Assembly: GCF_004104415.1 (NCBI RefSeq)
Contig: NZ_CP034669.1
Length of the DNA: 64,000 nt
Source: Corallococcus coralloides
GTDB taxonomy: Bacteria > Myxococcota > Myxococcia > Myxococcales > Myxococcaceae
Strand: one strand, 5' to 3'
Shown here: one piece after another, positions 46,068 through 55,537 of the stretch
Layout: every line of letters starts with the position of its first letter
How positions within the stretch are numbered: the stretch's first letter is position 1
Position numbers and translations under genes: made by a program
Notes under the pieces: model-generated
What the model saw: the letters and a program-made list of their open reading frames with translations, nothing else
What the model was told of the DNA's origin: nothing
Databases searched by the model: none

Positions 46068-47171
46068 ATGCTCCCCTCCTTCGTGGCCCTGCTCGGGCTT
46101 GGCCTGAGCGCCGCTCCCCCGCCCTCCCCCGCTTCCGCGTCCGCGGTGCTCCACGCGCAGTGCCGCGCGCACGCGGCGGATGCCTCCCGCCCCTGGGCGC
46201 TCGCGCACGGCATGGACCTGGACGGGAAGGCCTTCCGCGCGCGGGATGGCCGCGCGGCCTCGGACGCCATCGTCGCGGGGTTCCTGCGCCGCGACGCGCC
46301 CGACGCGGGAGGCACGGCCCGCTACTTCTTCGACGCCTTCACCCCGGACGGCACGCCCGTGGAGCCCCACCCGGCGCTCCAGGTGAAGACCCTCCTGCTC
46401 GCGGGCTACCCGCGCGCGCATGCGTTCCCCACGGCGTGGGGCAAGGTGACGCTGCGGGAGCTGGTGGGCTCGCTCCAGCACGGCTTCCGCCCCGCGCTCG
46501 CCGCGTCGCCGGACGGGGCCTGGGCGCTGGACGCGCTGTCCCACGTGCTGGAGCCCGGGGGCGCGTTCGTCAACGGCGCGGGGGAGACGGTGCGCATGGA
46601 CGCGGTGATGGACACCGCGCTCGCCACCCTGGAGTCCGCGAACGCGGAGCTGCTCCGGGGCATGAAGGCGGGCCTCCCCCAGGTGCCCAAGAACAAGCAG
46701 GGCATCTACGCGCACCCGTGTGGCGGGCTCCACTTCTTCCAGGCCGTCGCGGGGTGGGCGCGCTTCCCCGCCGTGCGCAAGGCGTGGGGCCCGCGGCTGG
46801 ACGCGCAGGTGGACGTGCTGGTGTACCGGCTGGGCTCGGAGGCGAAGCAGTACGAGGCCGCGCTCACCGCCGCGCCCGCGTACCGCGTCCCGGTGCTGGT
46901 GCAGATGGTGAAGTTCTACGGCCACTTCCTGGAGGCCCTGGGGCGCTACCGGGACGAGACGGGCTGGAAGCCCACGCCCGCGCAGGCCCGGGCGGTGGCG
47001 GAGGCGAAGGCCGCGCTGGAGCACGCCACGCAAAGGCTGGAGGCCACGGGCGCCTTCCGCGACACGGAGGCGCTGGCCAGGACGCAGCCCCAGCTCGCCC
47101 TGGACCTGGTGGGTGACGCGTGCCACGCGGCGCGCGGCTGGGACCTGTGGGCCTCCGCGAAGGCCCGTTGA
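46068..47171 (+). CDS. Hypothetical secreted protein
   Basis: Signal peptide MLPSFVALLGLGLSAAPPP; no recognizable domain from sequence alone. Confidence 0.5.
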   Translation: MLPSFVALLGLGLSAAPPPSPASASAVLHAQCRAHAADASRPWALAHGMDLDGKAFRARDGRAASDAIVAGFLRRDAPDAGGTARYFFDAFTPDGTPVEPHPALQVKTLLLAGYPRAHAFPTAWGKVTLRELVGSLQHGFRPALAASPDGAWALDALSHVLEPGGAFVNGAGETVRMDAVMDTALATLESANAELLRGMKAGLPQVPKNKQGIYAHPCGGLHFFQAVAGWARFPAVRKAWGPRLDAQVDVLVYRLGSEAKQYEAALTAAPAYRVPVLVQMVKFYGHFLEALGRYRDETGWKPTPAQARAVAEAKAALEHATQRLEATGAFRDTEALARTQPQLALDLVGDACHAARGWDLWASAKAR

Positions 47172-47180
47172 GACACCCGC

Positions 47181-48932
47181 TCAGGGCCCGTCCTGACGCT
47201 GGCCCCCCGGCTTGAGCCGCAGCAGGCCCGCGGAGAGCGCCGCCTTCCCGGAGGCCATCCACCGGCGGCCCCGCTGCCGCGCGACCATCACCGAGCCCAG
47301 CACGAGCCGCTGGGCGCGCATCTGGAGCAGGTCCGCGCGCAGCTCCATGGGCGTCACGGTGCGGATGCGGCCCTGCTCGTAGGCCTCGGTGATGGCGCGG
47401 CGCTGGAGCTTGCCGCTGCTCGTCTTCTGGAGCTGGCCGTAGCGGATGAAGAGGACGTCTTCTTTCGCGAGCGTCACGCCCACCGTCTCCAGCACCGACT
47501 GGCAGACCTGCTTGCGGCTGTCCTCCAGGCGCTCCAGCGCGGACGGGTGGTTCACCTCCGCCAGCACCACGAGGCGGCCCTTCACCTGGATGACGGCGGT
47601 GCGGCCCGGGCGGATGAAGCCCAGCCGCTCCACGGCCTGCTCGAAATCCCCGGAGAAGAAGCTCTGGCCGTTCACCTTGATGCGGTCGTTGATCCTCCCG
47701 GTGATGAAGAGCTCGCCCTCCTTCTGGAAGCCCAGGTCGCCCGTGGCGTAGAAGCCGTCCTCGCCGCGCAGGGGCCGGTCGTCCAGGAAGTACGACGGCG
47801 CCAGGCTGCCGCCGCGCAGCTCGATTTCGCCCAGCTCGCCCTCGCCGCACAGCTGGCCGTCCTCCGCGCGCAGCCGCACCTCGAACTCCGTCAGCGGGCG
47901 GCCCACGGAGATGGCCGGCTGGCCGTTGGGCGCGGTGATGACGCGCACCGTCTGGCGCGGCGGAACGCTCGCGACCATCAGCACCGTCTCCGCCATGCCG
48001 TAGCAGGGCATGAACACGTCGCGCCGCAGGCCGCACGGGGCGAGGATGTCCAGGAACTGCTCCAGGTTGGGGATGTTGATGGGCTCGCTGCCCAGGTAGA
48101 TGCTCCGCACACGCGACAGGTCCAGCCGCTTCAGGTCGTCCGCGTCCGCCGACTTGAGCGACTTCAGCGCGTAGTCGATGGCGAAGTTGGGGATGACGGA
48201 GCCCATCACCTTCTCGGAGGAGATGAGCTCCAGCCAGCCCAGGGGGTCCATCAGGAACGACGCGGGCTGGGACAACAGCAGATCATTGCCCACCGTGATG
48301 CAGGTGAGCAGCCCGCCGATGAGTCCCATGTCGTGGTAGAGCGGCAGCCAGCTCGTCACCCGGTCCTCGGACGTGCGGCCGTCGTGCCGGATGATCATCC
48401 GCAGGTTCGCGGCCAGGTTCTCGTGGGTGATGGGCACGCCCTTGGGGAACGACGTGGACCCCGACGAGAACTGCACGAACGCGAGTTCTTCGGGCGCCAC
48501 CTCGCGCAGCTTCACGCCGGCACGCTTCGCGCCCGAGGGCGGCAAGGGCAACCGCTCCAGCGGCAGCTCCAGGCCGGACAGGCCAGGCGCGTCCAGGATG
48601 AGTGAGGCGCCGTAGCGCTCGCGGATGCGCGCGAGGAAGTCCCGGTAGGGCCCCTTCGGCGTGCTCAGGATGTACGGCTTCACGGACAGGGGCACCGCGC
48701 CCAGCTCCATCAGTCCCAGGAAGGCGAAGATGACGGACGAGGAGGTTTCGAAGGGCAGCACCACGCACGTGCCCGGCGCCACGCCGCGCGCGCGGAAGTG
48801 CTCCGCCGCCCCGGCCACCCGGGAGGCGAACTCCCGGTAGGGCACGAACTCGGGCGGCCCGACGAAGTCGTCGTAGAGAAACAGGCCGCGCCGCGGATCC
48901 ACCGCCTCCAACCGCTGGATGATGTCGAGCAT
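47181..48932 (-). CDS. Fatty acyl-AMP ligase (FAAL-type adenylate-forming enzyme)
   Basis: Start at MLDIIQRLE (48932), preceded by GGAGGAGGGGAGG. Adenylation motifs FSSGSTSFPKGV and WLPLYHDMGLIGG (the FAAL-typical PxYHDMGL) are present. Confidence 0.8.
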   Translation of the reverse strand: MLDIIQRLEAVDPRRGLFLYDDFVGPPEFVPYREFASRVAGAAEHFRARGVAPGTCVVLPFETSSSVIFAFLGLMELGAVPLSVKPYILSTPKGPYRDFLARIRERYGASLILDAPGLSGLELPLERLPLPPSGAKRAGVKLREVAPEELAFVQFSSGSTSFPKGVPITHENLAANLRMIIRHDGRTSEDRVTSWLPLYHDMGLIGGLLTCITVGNDLLLSQPASFLMDPLGWLELISSEKVMGSVIPNFAIDYALKSLKSADADDLKRLDLSRVRSIYLGSEPINIPNLEQFLDILAPCGLRRDVFMPCYGMAETVLMVASVPPRQTVRVITAPNGQPAISVGRPLTEFEVRLRAEDGQLCGEGELGEIELRGGSLAPSYFLDDRPLRGEDGFYATGDLGFQKEGELFITGRINDRIKVNGQSFFSGDFEQAVERLGFIRPGRTAVIQVKGRLVVLAEVNHPSALERLEDSRKQVCQSVLETVGVTLAKEDVLFIRYGQLQKTSSGKLQRRAITEAYEQGRIRTVTPMELRADLLQMRAQRLVLGSVMVARQRGRRWMASGKAALSAGLLRLKPGGQRQDGP

Positions 48933-48961
48933 GCGAAAAGACCTCCCCTCCTCCGGGTTCT

Positions 48962-49879
48962 TCAGTGCGCGGGCGCCACCTGACGCATCCACGCGAGCAC
49001 GCGGGGCAGCACCTCCGCGCGGGCGCGCTCTCCGCGCACCACGTCGAAGTGGCCCGCGTCCCAGCTCAGCCCCTGCGCGCGCCCCAGGACGAACAGGTCC
49101 TTGCGGGCACTGCCCAGGTGGGCCACCAGCTTCTCCACGCGCTGCGGTGACGCATGGAACGCGTCCGCCGCGCCCACGCCCGCGAACACCGGAAGCGTCA
49201 CGTTGCCCAGCGCGCGCCAGTAGTCCGTCGCCCCATCCGCGCTGCGGAACGCGCCCGTGGGCGCCCAGTCCGTGAACTGCCGCATCACGCCCGCCGGTTC
49301 GTCCCAGGGCCCCTGCTTCAGCGCCTTCGCCGGGAAGCGTCCCAACACCCCCGCCACCGCGGCCGAGAAGCCCAGCTGGAAGCGCTTCTTGAACCCACCG
49401 TCGCTGTAGTCGTTCACCGCCGAGGACAGCGTGCACACGCCGGACAGCGACGCCTGGAGCGAGGGGTCCACCCCCAGGGCCGCCAGCGCCGCGTAGCCCG
49501 CCATGCTGTGGGCCAGGAGGAACAGCGGCCCGGTGTGGCGCGCGCGCACGGCCCGCACCAGGTCCGGGAGGTCGTGGCGCACGTAGGTGTCGAAGCTCCA
49601 GTCGTACGCGCGCTTCGCGGGCCAGCGGCTCCTGCCATGTCCGCGCAAGGAAGCGACATACGCCACGCAGCCCGCGTCCACGAAGGTGCGCGCGGCCCCG
49701 TCGCCCTGCCCGCCCAGGAAGAAGCGGCCGTCGGAGAACAGCCCCGGCACGAAGAGGACGCCGGGCGCGGCGTCCGGCGTCCCGGACAGGCGCGCCTCCA
49801 CGACGTGCAGCGCGTGCTCCTGGGACGTGGGCACCCAGAACTCGCGCGACGCGAGCTCCGGCTTCGCGTTCGTGCTCAT
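48962..49879 (-). CDS. Alpha/beta-fold hydrolase
   Basis: Start at MSTNAKPE (49879). Nucleophile elbow LLAHSMAGYAA (GxSxG). It overlaps the upstream thioesterase stop (ATGA). Confidence 0.7.
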   Translation of the reverse strand: MSTNAKPELASREFWVPTSQEHALHVVEARLSGTPDAAPGVLFVPGLFSDGRFFLGGQGDGAARTFVDAGCVAYVASLRGHGRSRWPAKRAYDWSFDTYVRHDLPDLVRAVRARHTGPLFLLAHSMAGYAALAALGVDPSLQASLSGVCTLSSAVNDYSDGGFKKRFQLGFSAAVAGVLGRFPAKALKQGPWDEPAGVMRQFTDWAPTGAFRSADGATDYWRALGNVTLPVFAGVGAADAFHASPQRVEKLVAHLGSARKDLFVLGRAQGLSWDAGHFDVVRGERARAEVLPRVLAWMRQVAPAH

Positions 49880-50322
49880 GGAAGCGGCTCCTCCACGGGG
49901 GCCACCGGCGCGCGCGCGCCGTCCAGGAACTGCTGCAGCGACGCGAGCGACCGGGCCCGCGCGTCCAGGAAGGCCACGCTCACCAGCGCCTCCACCGCCA
50001 CCGGCCCGTCCGCCGCCAGGAACACGCGCTGACGGAACCGCGCCCGGTAGTTGAGGCCGTCCGGCTCCAGCTCGTCCGCCGCGGGGGACTCCAGCTCCGT
50101 GTGCACCACCACCTCGCCCGGGGGAATCTCCCGGCGGTAGTCCACCTCCACGCGCGACACCACGGCCACCACCGCCCCCCCGCGCGTCAGCCCCTGCCGC
50201 TCCAGCCAGGCCCAACGGCCGGCCTCCAGGTACTCCAGCGTGGTGGCGTTGTTCACGTGCCCCAGGATGTCCAGGTCATTGGGACGCACGCGCAGCGTGA
50301 GCGACGACTCTTCGAAGTGCAC
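49876..50322 (-). CDS. Hotdog-fold (4HBT/YbgC-like) acyl-CoA/ACP thioesterase
   Basis: RVRPNDLDILGHVNNATTLEYLEAGRWAW signature of 4HBT thioesterases. Confidence 0.7.
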   Translation of the reverse strand: MHFEESSLTLRVRPNDLDILGHVNNATTLEYLEAGRWAWLERQGLTRGGAVVAVVSRVEVDYRREIPPGEVVVHTELESPAADELEPDGLNYRARFRQRVFLAADGPVAVEALVSVAFLDARARSLASLQQFLDGARAPVAPVEEPLP

Positions 50323-50361
50323 GGAGGATGTCCTTCGGCTGCCGGGGGGTGACAGCGATTT

Positions 50362-50727
50362 TCAGGGGGACGGAGCGCGCGTCACGATGACCACCGTCGA
50401 GACGAACCCTCCGCTATGCGACAGCGAGACAGCGACCTGCAGGCCCTCGCGCGCCAGGTGCGCCGCGAGCGTGCCGTGAAACCGGAAGCGTGGAGCGTGC
50501 CGGGCGTCGTGGACGAGCTCCGCGTCCGTCCAGAACCACCCGGCGACCGCGGGCAGCGCCTTGAAGAGGGCCTCCTTCGCGCTGAAGCCCGCCGCCAGGC
50601 TCTGCACCGGCTCCGCCGCGCGCTCGAAGTGGGCGAGCTCCGCGGCGGTGAAGAAGACGTCCGGCTCCCGCAGGGCCCGTGCGGCCTCCAGCTCCGAGAT
50701 GGCCTGGAGGTCGTGGCCCAGGCCCAT
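50362..50727 (-). CDS. acpS: Holo-ACP synthase (AcpS-type 4'-phosphopantetheinyl transferase)
   Basis: The 121-aa C-terminal part of track ORF 50362..51441, beginning MGLGHDLQAISELE... AcpS blocks FSAKEALFKAL and VSLSHSGGFVSTVVI are present. Start overlaps the upstream stop (TGATG). Confidence 0.7.
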   Translation of the reverse strand: MGLGHDLQAISELEAARALREPDVFFTAAELAHFERAAEPVQSLAAGFSAKEALFKALPAVAGWFWTDAELVHDARHAPRFRFHGTLAAHLAREGLQVAVSLSHSGGFVSTVVIVTRAPSP

Positions 50728-51686
50728 CAGCACCCGACGAGGTCCATCCAGGTGTCCTCCAGCTCCTCGCGCGAGTTCACCGCGATGCCGGTGATGCGCT
50801 TGAGGGCGTGGAAGATGAGCTGCTCCTTCTTGCGCAGCGCGTCCGGGGAGTAGAAGCCCTCGCGGTGCTCCAGCCGATCCCACCAGTTGACGTGGGTGTC
50901 GCGGCTCTCCACGCGCTCGCGCTTGCTGCCGTGCACCTCGCCGCCGTCGCGCAGGAACAGGTGCGCCACCGCGAACGCCTCCTTCGCCTTGTACGCGCCG
51001 CTGTCCACCAGCGCCTTGGCGAAGGCGATGAAGTAGTTCATGTGCTGCACTTCGTCCGCCGCCACCTGCTTGAACAGCGCGCGCAGGCCCGGGTCCTGGA
51101 CCATCTGCGAGCACTGGCCGTAGTCCACCGCCGCCACCACCTCGGAGATGGACAGGAGCGTGAGCGTGCGCAGCATGTCGTCGTCGGGGAAGACCTTGCG
51201 GAACTCGATGAAGGTGGCGTCGGTGATGGGCTCCATCCCCAGCACCGAGGACAGGCGGTTGAACGCCGTCTCGTGGTGCGCCTCCTCCTCGTTCCAGTAG
51301 CGGCTCCACGTGCCGCACGCCTGCATGATGGCGGCGACGGTGGCGTCCTTCTCCTGCCACCGGCGGCACTCCAAATCCGCCAGCCGCTCCAGCCGGTCCG
51401 CGCCCGGCTTCGTCGTCAGCTCCGCCCGCCCGGCGTTCCACACCAGGTGCCGGTCGGCTTCACGCACGTGCGTGAAGTCCACCTGGGCGAGCATCTCCAC
51501 CACGCTCCAGCGCCGCGACTCGTGCAGGCGCTGCTGCTCCCAGGTGAGGTCCACCAACGACTGGCCCCGCTGGGTGAGGGCTTCGTACAGCTCCCCCTGG
51601 ATGGCCGGGCGGCCTTCGCGCGGGAGGACCTTGGGGGGAGTGACGGTCACTTCTTCGTGCTCGTGGCTGCGCGCCGGGACACTCAT
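50727..51686 (-). CDS. Ferritin-like di-iron carboxylate protein (acyl-ACP desaturase/oxygenase-like)
   Basis: Two ExxH motifs in helices (NEEEAHHETAF and ADEVQHMNYF) plus additional Glu ligands (ISEVVAAVDYGQ). Family assignment is made by motif only. Confidence 0.65.
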   Translation of the reverse strand: MSVPARSHEHEEVTVTPPKVLPREGRPAIQGELYEALTQRGQSLVDLTWEQQRLHESRRWSVVEMLAQVDFTHVREADRHLVWNAGRAELTTKPGADRLERLADLECRRWQEKDATVAAIMQACGTWSRYWNEEEAHHETAFNRLSSVLGMEPITDATFIEFRKVFPDDDMLRTLTLLSISEVVAAVDYGQCSQMVQDPGLRALFKQVAADEVQHMNYFIAFAKALVDSGAYKAKEAFAVAHLFLRDGGEVHGSKRERVESRDTHVNWWDRLEHREGFYSPDALRKKEQLIFHALKRITGIAVNSREELEDTWMDLVGC

Positions 51687-51979
51687 GCCGACTTCCGCTC
51701 CGGGTTCGAGACTTCACCCATGAACACCGCCAGGACCGTGGACACCGGTGTATCCAGGGACAGCGCTGGCAGGCGCACCCTGAGTCCAAAATCCTTGCGC
51801 AACCCGTTGGACGTACGGGCAAAGGCTTCCATCAAGTCCACGCTGTTGGTCATGCGCTCTGAGCGTGTAATCAGCGCCGCGAGTGTGAGGTCCTCGGAGA
51901 ACAACTCCTCCTGCGTGAGACCCACGTTTTCCGCGAATTTCCGTCGGATATATGACTCGAGCTCCTGCGCGTCGGGCAC
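51683..51979 (-). CDS. Acyl carrier protein (stand-alone)
   Basis: 98 aa with the phosphopantetheine-attachment motif TNSVDLMEAF. Its stop overlaps the desaturase-like start (ATGA). Confidence 0.7.
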   Translation of the reverse strand: MPDAQELESYIRRKFAENVGLTQEELFSEDLTLAALITRSERMTNSVDLMEAFARTSNGLRKDFGLRVRLPALSLDTPVSTVLAVFMGEVSNPERKSA

Positions 51980-52125
51980 GGGGGACCTTCCTTCCCAGGG
52001 CTTGAAAGTCGATTTCCCAGTCTAAAACAGGAAAGACTAACTGTGACTCCAGACCTGTCAATCATCAACGGGTCACTTTGGATCCGCGCACGAACCCACC
52101 CTCATGGGTTCGTTTCACGCGTCAT

Positions 52126-53304
52126 TCATGCACTCAGGCGCGAGATTTCCTCAGCCGTGAAACCCGCGTCTTCCAGGATGACGCGCGAGTGCTGTCCGAG
52201 CGTGGGCGGTGGACGCAGTGCGACGTCGCCCATGCGCAGCGGCGTGAGCAGGTGCGTAACGCGGATGCCGCGCTGCGCATCATCCGTCTCCACGAAGAGG
52301 CCGCGCGCGCGCAGCTGCGGATCCGCGAGCACCTCGTCGCCTTCCGCCACCGGCTCCACGCAGAACTCCGCGCCGGAGAGCTGCTCACGCCAGTGCGCCA
52401 GGGGCTGGCTCGCGAAGATGCGGGTGAGCTCCGCCTTCACGCGCGCGCCGTCTTCACCGCCCGAGTACGCGTCCTCCAGCAGCTCCGGCCGTCCCAGCTT
52501 CGCGCAGAGCGCGCCGAAGAACCTGGGCTCCAGCGCGCCCACCGCGAGCCAGCGGTCGTCCGCAGTGCGGTACAGGCCATAGCTGGGATAGCCGCCGTTG
52601 AGCGGCTCGCTTCCGCGCTGGAGCGGCGCGCCCTCCTTCCCCATGAACAGGCGCGAGGCCAGGTGCAGGTGGAGGAACGCCAGCGCGCCGTCCGTCATGG
52701 ACACGTCCACGAAGCGGCCCACGCCGGTGCGCTCGCGCTCGTGCAGCGCGGCCAGGATGCCCACCAGCGCGAAGAGGCTGCCTCCGCCGATGTCCGCCAT
52801 CTGCACGCCCGGGAACGCGGGCGCGCCCCCGGCCTCGCCGCCGTAGCCCAGCAGGCCCGCGCGGGCCACGTAGTTGAGGTCGTGCCCCGCCTTGAGCCGG
52901 TCCGGCCCCGTCTGGCCGTAGCCGGAGATGGCGCAGTAGATGAGCCGCGGGTTCTTCTGGCGCAGCACCGCTTCGCCCACGCCCAGCTTGTCCATGACGC
53001 CGGGGCGGAAGCTCTCCACCAGCACGTCGTAGTGGGACACGAGGCGCAGGAGCGCGTCACGGCCTTCGGGCGTCTTGAGGTTCAGCGTGAGCGAGCGCTT
53101 GTTGCGGTGCAGCCCGTAGTAGAGCGCGCCCTCCCCGTCGCGGTGCGGCGGCATGTGGCGGGTGGCGTCCCCCACGTCCGGCTCCTCCACGGTGTCCACC
53201 GTGGCGCCCAGGTCCGCGAGCACCAGCGTCGCGTACGGGCCGGGCAGCAGGCGCGACAGGTCCAACACCCGCAGGCCTGCGAGGGGGGAAGACGGCTCGG
53301 ACAT
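52126..53304 (-). CDS. Family III CoA-transferase (CaiB/BaiF/alpha-methylacyl-CoA racemase family)
   Basis: LAGLRVLDLSRLLPGPYATLVLADLGA N-terminus and full-length family III architecture. Confidence 0.85.
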   Translation of the reverse strand: MSEPSSPLAGLRVLDLSRLLPGPYATLVLADLGATVDTVEEPDVGDATRHMPPHRDGEGALYYGLHRNKRSLTLNLKTPEGRDALLRLVSHYDVLVESFRPGVMDKLGVGEAVLRQKNPRLIYCAISGYGQTGPDRLKAGHDLNYVARAGLLGYGGEAGGAPAFPGVQMADIGGGSLFALVGILAALHERERTGVGRFVDVSMTDGALAFLHLHLASRLFMGKEGAPLQRGSEPLNGGYPSYGLYRTADDRWLAVGALEPRFFGALCAKLGRPELLEDAYSGGEDGARVKAELTRIFASQPLAHWREQLSGAEFCVEPVAEGDEVLADPQLRARGLFVETDDAQRGIRVTHLLTPLRMGDVALRPPPTLGQHSRVILEDAGFTAEEISRLSA

Positions 53305-53396
53305 GGGAGGGGGGCTCCAGGGGGAGGTGGAGACATGCGGACGGCGCGTCCCCGCCAGGGGTGACGCGCCGTCGGTACGGCAACAGACTCAGAGGC

Positions 53397-53726
53397 TCAG
53401 GCCAGCAGCTTCGCCAGCTTCATGGCGAGGCCCATGTCCATCGGCTTGAACTTGAGCTTGCCCTGCATGGCGGCCATCTGCGGGTTCAGCTTGCCCTCGC
53501 GGATCTTCACGAAGTCGTCGTTGCTGACGGTGACCGTCATCTTCGACGCGCCGTTGAGGCCCTCGGACACCCAGCCCTCCGTCTTGGTGGTGTCCAGCGT
53601 CCACTTGCCGCCACCGTCACCGGAGACGTCGAAGTGGATGACGGCGTTGATGTCCTTCGCCAGCTCCGGCTTCGCCTGAAGCTTCTCGGGAATCTGCCCC
53701 TCGATGATGTCCTTCGCGGTCGCCAT
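53397..53726 (-). CDS. SCP2 sterol-carrier-like lipid-binding protein
   Basis: 109 aa carrying the SCP2 signature (AVIHFDVSGDGGGKWTLD ... MQGKLKFKPMDMGLAMKL). Confidence 0.75.
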   Translation of the reverse strand: MATAKDIIEGQIPEKLQAKPELAKDINAVIHFDVSGDGGGKWTLDTTKTEGWVSEGLNGASKMTVTVSNDDFVKIREGKLNPQMAAMQGKLKFKPMDMGLAMKLAKLLA

Positions 53727-53826
53727 GACTCGCTCCTTGGTTTTCAGCGTTGATTGGTGAATCAGGCCTGCGCGGACCGTAGTGGCGCCCCACCGCCCTG
53801 GTCAAGCACGGCCACGGGCGGCGTGC

Positions 53827-54342
53827 TCAGACGCGCGAGGTGTCCGCCGAGGGGTTGAGGGACTGCCGCACCATCGACAGCAGGTCGTTGAGCTCGAAGG
53901 GCTTGGCCAGGTGGCCCATGGCGCCAATGTCCTTCGCCTTGCTGCCGACGTTGCGGTCCGCGCTGAGGACGATGATGGGGATGCCCGCGAAGTCCGGCTT
54001 CTGGCGCATGCGCTGGGCGAACTCCCAGCCGTCCATCACCGGCATCATCAGGTCCAGGAGGATGAGGTGCGGAGGGTCCGGCTCCAGGCGCTCCAGGGCC
54101 TCCTTGCCGTTGCGCGCACGGCGGATCTCGAAGCCTTCGGCCTCCAGGATTTCGGAGAGCGCCTCCAGGATGTCGGGATCATCGTCCACGACGAGCACCA
54201 CGGGTGCTTCAGCATGCTGTGCGTTGAGCGAGGTCAGAGGTGTCTCCTCGATACCGCTTCCGGAGATGAATCTTCCACCATCACTGGCCCCCCGGGTGCA
54301 AGAAATCAAGGGTCCCGCGGACGGAGCCGGTGCCCGTTGCAA
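53827..54342 (-). CDS. Single-domain response regulator (CheY-like receiver)
   Basis: VLVVDDDPDILEAL, phospho-acceptor in LILLDLMMPVMDG, and conserved Lys in HLAKPF. The N-terminal boundary is uncertain; the ORF begins with TTG at 54342. Confidence 0.75.
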   Translation of the reverse strand: MQRAPAPSAGPLISCTRGASDGGRFISGSGIEETPLTSLNAQHAEAPVVLVVDDDPDILEALSEILEAEGFEIRRARNGKEALERLEPDPPHLILLDLMMPVMDGWEFAQRMRQKPDFAGIPIIVLSADRNVGSKAKDIGAMGHLAKPFELNDLLSMVRQSLNPSADTSRV

Positions 54343-54400
54343 AACCGACAGTCACTGCCCACCCTTCCGTTGATTCGAGGCACGGCCAGGGGAGGTCCGC

Positions 54401-55459
54401 GTGACGTGGATGGGGGAGACGCCTGGAGGCAACGAAACCGCGCCGGGGCTCGCGCTGCTGCCCCGCCAGGGGCCCCCCCGCCTGCTCGGTCCCCTGCTCC
54501 TGGAGTACCTGGGGCTGGAGGCCCTGCCTCCCATGTCGGCCGTGGCGGGCATTGACGGGCTGATGGCCGCCGTGGGCTTCCGCCGCAAGAACGGCGAGCG
54601 CAACCTCTGGGAGCGCCAGGAGCGCATCCTGCTGGTGGGCGAGGAGCCGCTGGAGGACGGCGGACGCCTGGCCTGGGCGCTGCCGGTGCCCTGGAGCACG
54701 GAGCCGGCCTCACCCGGGGTGCCCCAGGCTTCCCCGCCGGGCGAGCGCGTGGAGGACCGCGTGCGCTTCCTGTCGCTCGCGTCGCACGATTTGCGCGGGT
54801 CGCTGGCCAACATCCGCTCGTACGCGGCGCTGCTGCTCAACGGGCGCATCCCGCTGGAGCCCAAGGCGCAGCGCGGGCTGGAGACCATCCTGCGCAACGC
54901 GGACCGGGCGCTCTCCTTCGCGCAGGACTTCTTCGACTCCAGCCGCGCGGACCTGGGCGCGCTGGCGTGTGAGCGCGAGCGCCAGCCGCTGCTGCCCATC
55001 CTGGATGCCGCGGTGGAGCGCACCCGGGCCGCGGCGTCCGCCGCCAACGTGGGGCTGGAGCTGGACACGCTGCCAGAGCTGCCCGACGTGACGGTGGACG
55101 CGGGCCGCATCCAGCACGCGGTGGAGGCCTTCGTGCACCACCTGCTGGCACGCGCGCAGCCGGGCGAAGCGCTCCACGTGCGCGCCGAGCGCCTGGGGCA
55201 CCAGGTGCGGGTGGAGGTGCGCCGCGACGGCGCGGCCGTTCCGGAAGAGGACATCACCGCTGTCTTCCAGTGCGAGGAGCGCGCCTTCCGCGAGCGCAAG
55301 CTGGAGGATCCGCTGCGCGTCTTCCTGGCCCGGCAGGAGGTGGAGGCCCACGGCGGCCAGGTGGGCGCCCAGGCGGACGCGGGCGGCACCACCCTCTTCC
55401 TCACGCTGCCCTTATCGCTGCCAGCGGAACTCGGGCATCCAGCGGGCTGGCAGGCGTGA
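54401..55459 (+). CDS. Cytoplasmic sensor histidine kinase
   Basis: H-box FLSLASHDLRGSLANI, followed by an HATPase-like region whose G-boxes look degenerate. Divergent from the response regulator. Confidence 0.7.
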   Translation: MTWMGETPGGNETAPGLALLPRQGPPRLLGPLLLEYLGLEALPPMSAVAGIDGLMAAVGFRRKNGERNLWERQERILLVGEEPLEDGGRLAWALPVPWSTEPASPGVPQASPPGERVEDRVRFLSLASHDLRGSLANIRSYAALLLNGRIPLEPKAQRGLETILRNADRALSFAQDFFDSSRADLGALACERERQPLLPILDAAVERTRAAASAANVGLELDTLPELPDVTVDAGRIQHAVEAFVHHLLARAQPGEALHVRAERLGHQVRVEVRRDGAAVPEEDITAVFQCEERAFRERKLEDPLRVFLARQEVEAHGGQVGAQADAGGTTLFLTLPLSLPAELGHPAGWQA

Positions 55460-55537
55460 GCCCCGGCCGCCGGAGTTGCTAGCGCGACCCACCTCCCACC
55501 GGTATGCTCCCCCGCGCATTTCGTGAGGAGCGAAGCC

